From: Amoebidium appalachense
Lineage: Eukaryota > Protista > Ichthyosporea
DNA: 64,000 nt
NCBI GenBank assembly: GCA_963693365.1
Contig: CAVNZM010000002.1
Span: forward strand, 1,178,001 to 1,242,000
Direction of reading: 5' to 3'
Both the position numbers and the translations under genes were made by a program. Below, piece after piece: positions 1-27,940 of the stretch. A model generated the notes under the pieces. The model had not been told where the DNA came from and made no database searches. It saw only the letters and a program-made list of their open reading frames with translations. The first letter of the stretch is position 1. Each line of letters opens with the position of its first letter.

Positions 1-1230
1 CTAGGCCAACCCATCGAGTACTATGGGTGGGTCTTGTGGCATGATCGGTCGTCCAACTACTTCAATAATGAAGTAGATATTAATAGTTGGTTGACTAAGT
101 ATATGTGTGGCTGCATATGGACAAACTTAGTACTCTTCTTAGAAAACAGATATTCGTGGGGTATGATGGCTTTTGTGTGGACACATAGTACGCTGGGCAT
201 AGTACGAATCGGCAAAGTAATAAATATTTCAGTCCGAATGAGAGAGAGTGGAGGGAGGGAGGGATCTACTTGACACGTGTACAAGTGTGCAGGCCACCCT
301 GCAGATCCAACACCCCTGTACAACCCCACACACCTACCTGCAATCTTGCTGACCCGCACACGTTCCAATCGCAAACCACTACTACTTCCCCCCCCCCCCC
401 CCCCCCCCCCCAAACCACTACTACTTCCCCCCCCCCCCCCCCCCCCTCCCTCCCCTTTCCCGCCCTTGTGCAACCGTGAGTACGGCTCTCGGATTCACGT
501 GTGGACCGATCATATCGATACTAATAAGTGCACGTGAGCGGCACGGGTGTGCACGTGCGGGCAAGGTTTCTTGAGGTCTGAGACACGAGGGGACACGGTG
601 ATGTGGAGCCACGGGGGGGGGGGGGGGGGGGGTTTACTGCAACGCATATATTTATTGTCGAGAGATACAAAATCATGATTCCGTGCCATAAAAATGATAA
701 ACACATAAGACATTCGATGATTTAGTTGGTAAGGCAATACCATTTGCTACCACTAACATAAACTGCAAATCATTATATTTGTTTAAAAAAGTCAAGCAAC
801 ATGCCCTGCCTGCAAATATATATCGGTTCGAACCTTTGAGATCTGGGTCTAAGATGACAAACCTTAGTTCTCACAGGTGTAAACACACATTATATGCCGA
901 CTTATTAAGGTGGTGTGGTATAAACATGATGTTTGGCTTCGCCTATGTATGGGCTACACCCCATTCTTAGACATGGATTAATCAAATATAAGTGCATTCT
1001 GGATATATATATATAAATGAGGCATTAGTTATTAACGTGCGTCTTGAATATTAATCTTAAATCCTATCAACCAACACACTAATGGTTATATAACATGCAT
1101 GCCGTTTCTGTTGTTGCATCGCGCGTCCAACTCTTGTATTTTATCTCAAATGTGTGCTTTTAGTGCCATCCACCTACATGCCAACCCCACAGGGATAAAT
1201 AACATAGCTATTCACTCCAATTATTCTCAA

Positions 1231-1267
<37 letters not shown>

Positions 1268-1632
1268 ACCACCACCACCACCACCACCACCACCACCACC
1301 ACCACACACACACACACACACACCTCCCCCACCCACCCACCCACCCACACACAACATCAACAACTGGCAACGAGAACAACAAAAACCTCAAGGCATCCAA
1401 AACCCACCTCGTCCTCCAGCACGTCACCCCCCCCCCCCCCCCCCCCTCTCCCCACCCCCCCCGCCCCACCACCAACCCCCGCCCCACACCACTCACCACA
1501 CCTCCAGCTCCCTCGACAAAAACCAACTGGTTTTAACCTCCACTCTTGCGTCACATCCCCGATGTCCCAGATACGGCATATCTAATAGGTGCAGATAAAC
1601 ATTTACGAAATTTCCATCCCTTTGGCACAAGC

Positions 1633-8741
<7,109 letters not shown>

Positions 8742-9325
8742 CGACAAATCTTTATATGTATCCCCACAACTTCCAACGATGCTCTAACGAGCACATCAGC
8801 TAACAATGGTTTTCTAGAATAAAATTGCTTATGCTTTGCTTATACTCTTAACTGCTTTTGTTATTCCTATCAACTAATAACATACACGTGTTATTACTTG
8901 TACTAAAAACAAAAACATTAAAAAACTGAAGCCAACCCTTTCGGGTTCTTTGACTTTTGAACAGGACCCACTGAAGTGCCCTGTTTGTTGATCGACGAAT
9001 TCTAGAAGTCACAGTTGGCTCAGCAATAGCTGTTTTCTATTGGTTGAAAGATTTCCTTGAGATTCTTTAGAAATATGATTGGCTGCTTAATATGTTTTTA
9101 TACAAATATAGCAACTTCGCACAAATCTTTTAGCCAATTGGATCGCAGTGAGAAATGGCGCCATATCTGAAATGAGGAGTCACGTGTACGTGAGGGCTTT
9201 TGTTATCTCACGGGAGGGGGTTTACGGGACGAGGCAACCCCGGGGTAAAAAAAAAAAAAACGCGCAGTTGCAAATCTGTATTGATAAAATGATAGTTGTA
9301 AGTTCACTGAAAATAAGATGGAAAG

Positions 9326-9670
9326 GTAGTTGTAAGCTCATCAAAAGTAGTTGAAGTGGCATGTGTGGGTTGCGTGCGATAAAACGCAACAGCTTGTGCT
9401 CCATTTGGGTTGTCCTGCACAATCACTGAAGACTTGTACATAGGCCGATGCTGAATACTGGTTCCTTTGGTGTCTATCAAGTTTGTTCAACGTAGTCGTA
9501 GTTGTAAGCTCATCAAAAGTAGTTGAAGTGGCATGTGTGGGTTGCGTGCGATAAAACGCAACAGCTTGTGCGCCATTTGGGTTGTTCCTGCACAATCACT
9601 GAAGACTTGTACATAGGCCGATGCTGAATACTGGTTCCTTTGGTGTCTATCAAGTTTGTTCAACGTAGTC
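9326..9670. repeat. Two-copy ~172-bp tandem direct repeat upstream of the Maf gene
   Basis: GTAGTTGTAAGCTCATCAAAAGTAG...GTTCAACGTAGTC occurs at 9326-9497 and 9498-9670, nearly identical. Confidence 0.95.
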
Positions 9671-9780
9671 GTGTGTGTCGAACACACGGGCTCAGAAAAG
9701 TGTGCGAGTTTTTCTTGACAGTCTTTCGGGCTTCATTTTGCACAAACTAGTCCCGAGGACCTGAATCCAATCCTTGTAGA

Positions 9781-15493
<5,713 letters not shown>

Positions 15494-15945
15494 AGGGGCC
15501 CAGGGCCTGCTGTGCGGGCAGTGAATTTGGAGAGAGGTATGATGTGTGCCAAAAATTATATTCAGTGCCCAAGGGCTATGTATTGTGATTGATTGGGTGG
15601 ATTACGCTCTATTTATTTCATGTACCGACGTGCCTGGGGCCCAATTTCACCTGACGGCCCACTGCGTTTTCCAGCGCAGCCAATGAAATGAAGCCATAGA
15701 CACACGTGCATGGTAAGCACAATATGGCAGCAAACCATTACTATAGGACACTTAGTGTACTTGTAACAGCGGGACGTGGGTCATGTGCTGAGTGCTGTAA
15801 TGCGTGTTTTGCAAGGTTTGCGTAGATGCAGCAGAGTGTGAGTCCATGAGACTCAGTATCGATACAGTGGAATAAATTATTGTCATTACGATTGCCAACA
15901 GACGCTTCTTCTGTGGCTTAAGTTTCAGGGCCTCCCGAAGTTTCC

Positions 15946-17039
<1,094 letters not shown>

Positions 17040-18106
17040 TATAAATTAGTCAGCCGCAGCAGCTGAACACTGGCACAGCAGCCGCCGTGTGCAGCTCGGC
17101 AGCTCCTGCAGCTGCCATATTGGGGTCGGGTATGAGAAAGAGCAGGAAAAAAATGGTGACGTCAGAAATTTCAACGCAGTAGTAGTTTAGGTGTAGATAA
17201 AGGACGTATACATCAAGATAATGTACATAACTATTTACCGTTTGTACACAAAGAGAACGATTTCCATGGTGTCCTGCCGTGGTTGAACTTTGCTAAGGCG
17301 CTTACATCGCATGAGTTCCACAGATCTAGATCTAGGCTGGAGTTACATTTTGTTGGTTTATTTTGAGCCAATGACGTTTAGGAACTAGATGAACATTCCT
17401 CTGAAACTCAAAATTAATGAAGCGCCAACTTTCACGGTCACCGCGGCCGAGTATAGACCGGTTTAGAATGGATTTTTTTCAAATTCTGCCTAACCTTATA
17501 TGGCTCACCGGAACAATTCGAATCTTGTGATTGGTTGCGCCAAAAGTAAGGGCCAAGGTAAGGGCCGCTCAGGCGGTGACAGGCCAAAATCTCAGACCGA
17601 CAGCCTCTCAAAAGCAGTTAGGCCCCGATTTTACTTACATAAGAAAAAGTTTTAGGAAATAAAAAGACCGCAAAAATGATATAAGCAGTCGGGGTGCTCC
17701 GACAACGCCTACATCGCTGAAATCATTAAAACCCGTCCTGCATAGGCTCTTACCACCTTGCCTCGAGGTCGATCGTCTATGATGAAATTATGGTTTTTGC
17801 CTGTTTTCGCTACGAAATAGGCCCGGACACCCCATGTTGCTTATACAAAAATTGCTTGTCGCTTTGTTTATCAAATAATTTACTAATGGAGCAAAACCCC
17901 TTTTCTATTCAGATTATTGATTAAGCATTATAAGCAGGATTTGGTATATGACCGCCGATCACTCAGCACTTCATTTCGCCAGTTCGGCTGGCTGGATCTC
18001 TCTAGAGCGAAGCAAACACATTGACATGCTCAATTAGTAAATCTAAATTAGTCTATCGGCTAATGAACTCTCTTTCTCTAATCTCTGCGAGCTCACAGTC
18101 ACTAAC

Positions 18107-18192
18107 CATTGGTCGATCTATGGCTTTGCATTATCTCATTGGTTGAGTGCCACATTATCATGCATTCCTGTGCATTAAACCCAGGTATATAA
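18107..18192 (+). promoter_or_regulatory. Putative core promoter of the lipase-like gene (two inverted CCAAT boxes plus TATA)
   Basis: ATTGG at ~18108 and ~18138, and TATATAA at ~18186, about 50 nt before the ATG at 18241. Confidence 0.3.
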
Positions 18193-18240
18193 CAGTCTCA
18201 CAGTTGGCCTCGGTCCGAGCACTCTTTCTAGGCCTTCTAC

Positions 18241-19911
18241 ATGACTAGCGTTGTCTAAAATCAAATGGGTTTGTGTTGGCTTCAAAACCCAATAACGTCA
18301 ACATGCCTCACTCATCTCTGGCTGCCTGTAGGGCAGTGCTCATGCTTTCAGCTCACACAGGCCACAGCCTTTTCATTGAGCATCTCATGGCCTTCAGCTC
18401 CATGGCTGTCAAATACTCGCTCCTCACCGTACATAAAAATAAACGACATGACGTTTCAGGACGACTGGCTAAACTGCCGCCATGACCCCAACAAGCTGCA
18501 AAACCCTCATTATGACCACTGGTGTCAAGGGCAGAGAGATGGCCTCCGTGTGACGAGACATCTGGCGCTATGATGGTCACCGAGAAAAGAAAGTGTGCGA
18601 GCCCGCTGATTTTGACTGTTCTGTTGCGTTGCAGCTCGCTCACCTCGCAAAGGCAGTCTACAACCCAGTACCCACTCAAGATAAATCGTGGCCTACGGGA
18701 TGGGACTTCATACATTCATCCGAGCAAGACGGAGGGACTGAATATGCGTTGCTGGCACGTTCCCCGGACAGACATCTTGCTTTGCCGTTCAGGGGTACTG
18801 ATGACAAGATGGATTGGATGTTAAACGGGAACATATACTCATCAGCGCTGGTTTCAGGCGTAAAGCAGGATGGGCCCCATATCTGGTCACAGGCACACAG
18901 TGGTTTCCTGGCCCGGTTCAACAAACTACGCATTTCGGAGACGTGTACCCGTCAGTTCTATTTTCTTCTCAAGTGCCCTTACATTCATTCGCCCCTATAC
19001 CATGCAGGTACTTTTGCAAGAGTTGGAGAAACCAACAGAGGGTGAGCTTAAGATTTACATCACCGACCACTCGTGCGGCGCAGCTATAGCCTCTCTTAAG
19101 CTTGCAGCGCTTCATCCTATGTATGACACAGAACTTGGAGATTTCAGTCCTGCCGCAGACAGGGCGCTGAAAACCCTACGCAAAAACCGCGGATTTCGTG
19201 TTTTTACTTTCGGAGAACCACGGGAGTTGAAGTTTCGTGGGGAGCGCAACACAGACGCGTCCAAGCTAGATGCTATTCACAAGGTGCGGTTTCATACTAC
19301 GGTGATCCTGTGCCAACCATCCCGCCCACCGGCACCACGTGTTTGATGGATGTCAACTGTGAGACCTGGAGGCATTGGGGCCTGGCCCACAGGTATGAGA
19401 TGCATGTTAACGTTGCTGATAACACTAGTGGTGGGAGGAATAGGGGTGTTGGGACATTTGTTCGGGATGTTGACTGTAGCAATGTGCAAGGTGTAGCTAA
19501 CAGTTTTGTCAGCGTGATTCATTTGGACGCTTACCTGCACCATATTGCATCGGGATTGTTTGAACTTGCTGCCGGATATCTTTCTTGTGTGTGTCACAAC
19601 TGGGAGAAGTGGTGAGTATGCAGAGTGTTAGTTGTGCGTTTCCCGGTTTTACGATGGTGAGCTCAATGATTGATCCTCCTTCCCTCGCCCCCTCCCCCCC
19701 CCCCTCCCTTCTCCGCTCCCCCTCCCCCCTTCCTCCCCCCCCCCCCCCCCCCCCACCACCACCCCCCGCCCTCCTGGGCCACACACAGAGACACACAGAC
19801 ACACACCGTCCCACCCACCCATCACCCATCTCACCCACAGACATTGACACACACACTAATACCTACTCACACACCGACCTCCTTCCCCCCCCCCCTCCCC
19901 CCCTCCCAATA

Positions 19912-19967
<56 letters not shown>

Positions 19968-20159
19968 TGCATGCACGCCACATGCACGCATGCACGCACG
20001 CATGCACGCACGCACGTACACACGCATGCACGCACGCACGTACACACGCACGCACGCACGCACGTATGCACGCACGCACGCACGCACAAACGCACGCACG
20101 AACGCAGGCACGCACACAAGCACGCGCACACACACGCACAAACACACACACACGCACAA

Positions 20160-20208
<49 letters not shown>

Positions 20209-20262
20209 CACACACGCACACACACACGCACGCACGCACGCACGCACGCACGCACGTACGTA

Positions 20263-20302
<40 letters not shown>

Positions 20303-20927
20303 CACACGCATGCACACCTACAGAATCTAGAAAGACGACCCAAGCACAGCCGAAAGCATCGGCTGGGGGGGAGATCAGTACGGGCTGGTGGGGATGATTG
20401 AAAACAGATGTCTCAACGGTAATTTGCCAGACACCTTTCAGGATTATTCGGTCCAGAGATGGCGCCATGCACAGGACAGATCATACACAGAGGCACTCCA
20501 CAGAATCGTTCCCTTTAAGTCCGGAAACCTTCCGGCCGATTGGTATATTTCCGCCTGTATGCACACGGAAAACACGTGCGCACCCAACTCTCAAATACCC
20601 GGCACGTGTCAGTTGATTTCTAGAGGCGGGAAACCAATTGCGCAGAAGTGCATGAAGTGGCCTCAGATTTCAGATCCCCGACGCTTTAAAGCATACCCGG
20701 AAAACTTACAGAACACCACGCTAGCTGATATTGTAAGCTCTCGGTCTTGCGCAGACGCCAAGTGCCGTCGTACAAACCAGGGAACGCAGAAAGTGACGGG
20801 CGGTGTGTTCAAGTGCATGGGGCCTGTTAGGGTTTCTTTATATGGCAATGGGGCATCTGAAGAGGAAGTTTACTTGCTGGCTCGGACAACCTTTGCTGGT
20901 GACGTGTATCTGCAAGCATATGTTTAA
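18241..20927 (+). pseudogene. Class-3 (fungal-type) lipase pseudogene with a Cys-rich C-terminal extension
   Basis: Lipase_3 motifs occur in order: LAKAVY, FRGT..DW, HSGF, intron ending cag at ~19007, IYITDHSCGAAIA (GxSxG with G->D), VFTFGEPR, GDPVPTIPP, H. There are frameshifts near 18540-18595 and 19297, and in-frame stops near the start and at the junction into the last exon (~20324-20927). Confidence 0.75.
19911..20310. repeat. (CACG)n/(CA)n intronic microsatellite
   Basis: Direct reading of the tetranucleotide and dinucleotide arrays. Confidence 0.9.
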
Positions 20928-22167
20928 ACTCGCTAAATCGTTGGTTTGTTGCATTTTTAGAATTTAGGGCCCTAAGTCAGGATTTATAGGTGTGCTAATT
21001 TAACTGTCAGTGTGATTGTGCTTAGCTGAGAGCTAGGAATTCGAACACTTCCAATACCCTAATCTTGCAGTATGTTGCCTTTAACTTCAATGTATTTTCG
21101 GTGCCTTCGGGCCAGGAGGGGGGGAGGGGGGGGGGGGGTGGCGGGGGTGGCGGGGGGGGGGGGGGGGGGGGCTTTTTGTGAGTCTTTTACATTTGACAAC
21201 AGGGGGAGGGGGGAGGGGGGAGGCCGGGATGAAAAGGGGCCGAGGGGGACTCGGGGGGAGGGGGAGAGGGGGGGGGGGGGGGGGGGGAGAGGGGGGGGGG
21301 GGGGGTATTTGGCCTTTTTCTGAGGTCCATAACGGTTGTCCCTGAGGAGTAAATTATCGAGTAACTGTTGCATGCGCATTCTTTCTGTTGTTTCAACAAT
21401 GTAGTGGCTCCAGAACCAGACGGAGATTATGTTATAAAATAAACAATTTAATACAAATTAGACTTTGATGGATGGCCACCGAGGTGTGATCATGATTAGC
21501 ATCACCTTCCATAACTCCCCCCTTTGACAGGCTACGTCCTCGGAGCCTCTTTCACCATTGCGTAGCTAATGCGTCACACCGTTCAACCCATACGTCCAAT
21601 TAGGTGAATGCCAAACCAGAGGACCGAATCGGGTCACGAATGCAACAGTACCAATTGGCCCCACTCTTCCATACATATTGTAGGAGCTTATTGTAGATGC
21701 ATATTTATAAGCCAGCATATGGGAAATCGGTCCGGGTCAGTGACCTCGGGTCGATAGAGCATCGGTATGGATCGTACCGCGTGGTTCGGAAACCCGCAGC
21801 CTGCACCTCCACCATCTCTTGTACAGCAAGTCTGGCGTCTACGTCATGGTAGACTAGCCGGACATAATTATAGGTCAGCCCGAGCACACTGCCTAAAAAA
21901 ATCAAGTCCCCAGCCAGAGGCTCGAACATGGGTGCTATATATAGGTCCATAACCAAGCGCTTACCCAGATCGGCCAAAAGGCATTGCCGCTGGGGGCCAG
22001 CGACTGCTATATTTTTATGACACCTATGCCATACCTTGCACAAATGGATTCACAATCAACACTCGTGCAGAAGTTCTGATGAGTCCCCCCCCCCCCCCCC
22101 CCCCTCCCCCTCCCCCCCCCCCCCCCCCTTCCCCTCCCCTCCCCCCCCCCTCCCCCCCCAAAAGCAA

Positions 22168-22328
<161 letters not shown>

Positions 22329-22370
22329 CACATATCTCGATTCGTCGGAGGCTCTCCCCCTGCCCTGTGC

Positions 22371-22411
<41 letters not shown>

Positions 22412-22589
22412 CCCTCCGGAGTCTCCCTCCCCCACTCCCCCCTTCCCCGGCCCCTCAACACCACTACGCCACCACCACAACTACTCGACCCCACCCGCCC
22501 ATCCACCCCTAGGCCCGAATCATGTTCTATTTTTTTTCCAAGTGTCCGTCACTGTGTGCGTGTGTGTGCGTATATGTATGTGTGTATTA

Positions 22590-22701
<112 letters not shown>

Positions 22702-22702
22702 A

Positions 22703-22747
<45 letters not shown>

Positions 22748-24188
22748 CACGGATATATATATGCATGTACATGTGTACATGTGTATCGTTCTCAGTGTCT
22801 CATTCGGAACACCACCTTAACTTTTACTACGTATACGGTTTGGGACGTGGGAGAGCGGAAGCTCGCAGGAATAGCCATGATGTGAATACTGATACGGTAA
22901 CTACTGAGGCAGTGCAGTGCCACTGGCACTCAGCCATTCAGTGTGCGTGCCGCAGGTGCACATTCTCGTGCCTATGTAGCTTCATCATGAGTGAGCTCAA
23001 GTCAGACTTTGGCAAGATCATCGTTTTGCTTCAATTACTATTGCTGCTGTACATGTAGTAGTCGTGCACTGGATTTGGTTCTAAATGTGTTGCAGCAAGC
23101 TTGTAGAAGTGTGACCTAGTCTGCATTCTGTCTGTGTGACTGGTTGCTAAGCAATAAGCATATATAAATCTGAAATATCACGTGCATAGAGTCACTCCAC
23201 GTGGTTACATCAGTGCATATGCATGGGCGCCTGGGAGTCGCCCGATCAGGAAATCTACCTAGATTCTACTATTGCATTCCAATGCATTCCTCCACATTCC
23301 ATGTTCGCACATACGTCATTCAGTGAAACGGAAAAGACAAGCCACACTTACAAAGTGTTAGGTAAACGAATTGACTAACAAAATATATCTTTTTATTTAT
23401 ACCCCGGTATACATGTACTGATAGAGATTATGAATTATGAATTAGTGTTGATTTTCGCATAGATATTCATGTGCGGGCTTTTAAAGGAATGTGTATCCTG
23501 GTCTCGATTTTATCTCTGGTATGCCGTTTCTGCCAATGGGTGATGGCGTTTGCCCGCGGCGGGTCCGGGGGGCTCCGAACGGAGAACGTGTTCACAGGGA
23601 CAGGCGAGTCCAAAACGTGTTGACAAGGCTTATAATTATTTCGTGTCTAACATCAGCCTTCGGTAGTTAAGGAGTTTCACAAAGAGAAATAGAGTATAAC
23701 AGGCAGCAAAGCCCTGCTTATATGTACATTTAGACATAGAAAGGTATTAAGTTTCTATGATTGGCACGTACGAGCTGCTAGTTGACCTTGAGAACACAGG
23801 GTTTTTATGTGTTGTCCACACGCGTCTAGTGTTCATGCAAGCACACAGTTAGGTTGTCAGCTGTAGCTGGTTTAACCCTTTTAGGCATCAAAATTCCAGA
23901 TTGCAGAGCATGGCATATAGATCGTAGTTAGAGCACAGTAGTGGCAGTATGCCGCGTTATGAACATTCCCATCACCACGAAACACGTGAAATGGTCACAC
24001 GTCTGCTAAAACTCTAGTTGGTAGCTGCAAATTTTTGTCAAACCAGTTAACCTTACACCCTCACACACCAAAAGGATACAGAGCCTGCTGAATGTAAAGA
24101 TACACCCAATTCCTTGCTCTTATATCTTTTTTCCCTAGTATATCCACACAGAAACCACCCACCCTTGAAACACAGACATACTTTCATC

Positions 24189-26759
24189 ATGGCTTCTCCA
24201 CCAACTCCAGATGATCCCTGGGCACCCTGGCAAACATGCAAGCTAGCCATCTGTGTGCTCTACCTCAGCGTAGGAGGTATAGGCACCGTTGTTCACATCG
24301 CAGCAACTGTGTTTTATGTGCGTTGGCGGAGGCGTTTCCCCATTTCTGAGCAACGCCCGAGACAGGCACTCCTCATGTCTTGGGCAGCGAATTTATGGGT
24401 TTTGTGGTATATGATGCGGTGGTTTGTCGAGCTTTCACCAAAGATGGGCTTGGACTGGTTCCCCGATCCCGGAATTCAGAACGCTAATTCCCGAAACTAT
24501 TCCGTTTTTATTTCCATGCCCATGTTTTTCTTCCGTTCGCTCGTCGCGTTTGTTTTCATCGTTCGGTGCCTTCGCCTAGTTGTCGACCACTACAGGACAA
24601 ATTCGCTTCTTAGTGGCGGTATGGGTGTGAGCGAGATGGATTCCGCAATCGACAGCAAAAGCACTACCACAGCAAGATTAACCCTCGAAACATCGAGACA
24701 ATCCCTCTCTAAGCCGGGTGGTTCCAAGAATGATCTGATCAGGGAGGATTACCCTTTCAGCATGGAAGCTCCCACTTTCGGCACAGTTCCACTGGCAAAT
24801 AAACTCCCACGGAAGATGCGTGTCATGAAATTTCTCGCTGGATACGGGGGTATCCTTGCCTTTTGTGTCTACATCGCAATCGGAATTTCCGTAATCGCTG
24901 CCGTAACCCCCTTGGGCCCCCCCATACGAATCCGGCAATTTTTTCGACGCCGACACTGCCGAGCTCGCCCTGAACATTCTTTTAAGTGTGTTTCTGCTTA
25001 CGGGTGTGGCCTTATACACAAACATTTCAATTGCGCGCACATCACTTTTCGCAGACACAACATCAACTACTACACAAGTACGACTACTGAGTATGTGGTT
25101 GTGCGCCTGGGCCATTGCGAGCATCATAGCCACATGCATCGGCCGGAAGCTGTCCATTGTTAACCCGGCCAAGAACGATGTGGCCCTCTACGTTTCCCAA
25201 CAGCTACCAGTTGTAGTCATTTTCCGTTCAGTGCCCCTCATGGTGTTCCTTGCATCCATGAGCATCCTCATCTTGTGGCCGCTCCTTTTGACGCAGAAAC
25301 ATGCGCGCACATATTCTGCGGCACTGTCTGGGCTTGGGGATCGTGATGTTGGTCTGAGGGAGATATTGGAGGACAAGAGAAAGAGGCAGGCCTTCCGCCT
25401 TTTCCTCGCCGGTGAGCTGGCAGTAGAGGTACCCCCCCCCGCCCCCCCCCCCCCCCCCTCTCCGCCCCCCCCCACCCCACACCAAAAAAAAAAAAAAAAC
25501 CAAAAAAAAAAACAACCATCCACCGTCCCCCTCCCCCACCCCAACCCTCCCCCTCCCCCCTCCCCTTACCTTCCCCCCCCCCCCCCCCCCCCCCCCCCCA
25601 CCCACACACACACACCACCACCACCACCACCACCACCACCACCACCACCACCACCATCACCCCAACTCCACCCCTTCTTTCTCCCTTCTCCTCTACGCCC
25701 AAAACTACACCAGCTACAGCAAACGCACACATTCGTCCCCTCCCCCCAACTTAGACCCCCCCCCCCCCCCCCCCCCCCCACCCACCCACTCAGCCCCTCT
25801 CCCCGCAGGACCCTCAGGACCCTCCCCTCACTCTCTCCATACTAGAGCGCCTCATTTCTCCCTACTCCTCTCTTCTAACGCCTTCGCCTTGCCCCTTTCT
25901 CCTTCCCCTATTCCAAAGCAGAAGCCGATGTGTCTGATATAAAAAGCCCCTTCCCCCCTTCCCCGCCCTGCCCATCCCTCCCCCCGACCCTCTCCCCAAT
26001 ACACACCCGTATATATACATGCGCGCACACACATACCCAAGAAAGCACAACCATACAACAGCGCACTAACATGGCACACAAAAACACAGGCTTACACACA
26101 CATACATCCACACACACACACACTAACATACGTGCAATTGATACACATACAAACGTCCACAGACTGACACACACACACACACATGCTTGATGTCCTCCCT
26201 CCTCTTCCTCCCCCCCCCCCCCCCCCCCAAAAAAAAAAAAAAAAAAAAAAGAAAAAGAAAGAAAGAAAGAAAGAAAAAGAAAAAAAGAAAAAAGAAAAAG
26301 GAAGAAAGACACACACAATGCATGCAACCCTGCACGCACACATAAGACACATGTCTTCTAACACGCGCACCCGCAGAATCTCTATTTCTGGGAGGCGGTG
26401 GAGGGGTACCGTTCGAATGTTCTAGGGGGCCGTCTTGTTGGGCAGCGTGCCGTGGATGTTGCCAGAACCGTCTACGACACATACATCAAACCCACCGGTG
26501 CCCTTTACCAGGTATGTGCACACAGTCGCTTTTGAACCACCAACCCTCCCCCTCCCCCCCCCCCCCCCCCCCCCCCGCGCCCCCGCGCCCCTCCCTCCCT
26601 CCCCTTGCCCTTCCCCCCCCCCCCCCCCCCCCCCCAACCCCCAATCCCAACCCTTCTCCCAATTCCAATCGTTTTTTACCGTGGAAAATTTTTGCCACAC
26701 CTTGCTACCACTCACTGATGAATGCCTATCCCCCCCCCCTCCCCCTCTCACTCCCCCCT

Positions 26760-26820
<61 letters not shown>

Positions 26821-27016
26821 ACACACACACACGGAGGGTCCACCACGACCCCCGGGGCTCTTGCTATGGGTGTTTGCTTAAGACGATAAGTGGAGTAGGT
26901 ACGATGATCGACGGTATGAGATCAATTGATTAAAAAGGAAGAGATCTAACATTCCTTGCCCACACCACCGTAGGCATGGTCACACACACGCGTACGCACA
27001 CACACGCACACACACA

Positions 27017-27103
<87 letters not shown>

Positions 27104-27588
27104 AACAGGTGAACCTACCAAGTAGCACTGTGAACCAAGTACGTGTCGCGCTCGACGAACGAAGTCCTCAAATCGATTTCAGCGACAATTCACGATCTGC
27201 AGCCGCTCCTTCAACCCGATTAAACCGATCAAACACAAACCAATCGACCCAATCGGCATTAACGCTCCATTCCGATTCGTCAGCTCAGTCCTTTGCAACG
27301 TCATCCACGGGCCAACTGCTCCAAAAACAACCAACCGGAGCGTCCGTTAGCAGCGACCCACTCCAATCGAGCAATTCCACCTATTCGAGTCGGTTCGGGT
27401 TCCCCAAATCGGGTCGAAACGGTGTTGCGCCAAGTTCAAGCGTCGGCCCGCGGGCCGAAGATGAAATGTTGGCGACGATTTTCGACGAAGCGCAAAAACA
27501 GATTTTCAAACTCATGCGGACAGACAGCTATCCACGGTTCCTTGCGAGCCAGCGGGGAGAAAGGGACACTGCGACGATTAGGGTCTAG
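24189..27588 (+). CDS. 7TM-RGS protein (multi-pass membrane receptor fused to a C-terminal RGS domain), 3 exons
   Basis: Exon 1 (24189-25428) encodes about seven hydrophobic helices and then LREILEDKRKRQAFRLFLAGELAVE|gt. Exon 2 (26377-26511) reads NLYFWEAVEGY...VYDTYIKPTGALYQ. Exon 3 (27109-27588) reads VNLPS...IFDEAQKQIFKLMRTDSYPRFLAS. These are canonical RGS motifs. One extra C in the C7 run at 24917-24923 breaks the frame and is probably a homopolymer error. Confidence 0.85.
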
Positions 27589-27690
27589 GGAGACCCTGTA
27601 ATTTGTCGGAAGATTTGGGGTTTTGTTATTGAACCCTAGCTATCTTATCCCCCCCCCCCCCTCCTCCTCCTCCTCCAACACATGCGCGCG

Positions 27691-27833
<143 letters not shown>

Positions 27834-27858
27834 CACGCTCGCACACATCACACACACA

Positions 27859-27940
<82 letters not shown>

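Noticed and set aside
1-273. Open frame at the window start (LGQPIEYYGW...)
   Set aside because: Truncated by the window edge, with no recognisable motif or splice context.
24917-24923. Programmed frameshift in the 7TM-RGS gene
   Set aside because: A single extra base in a C run is more simply a homopolymer error, and no other lesion was seen in the gene.
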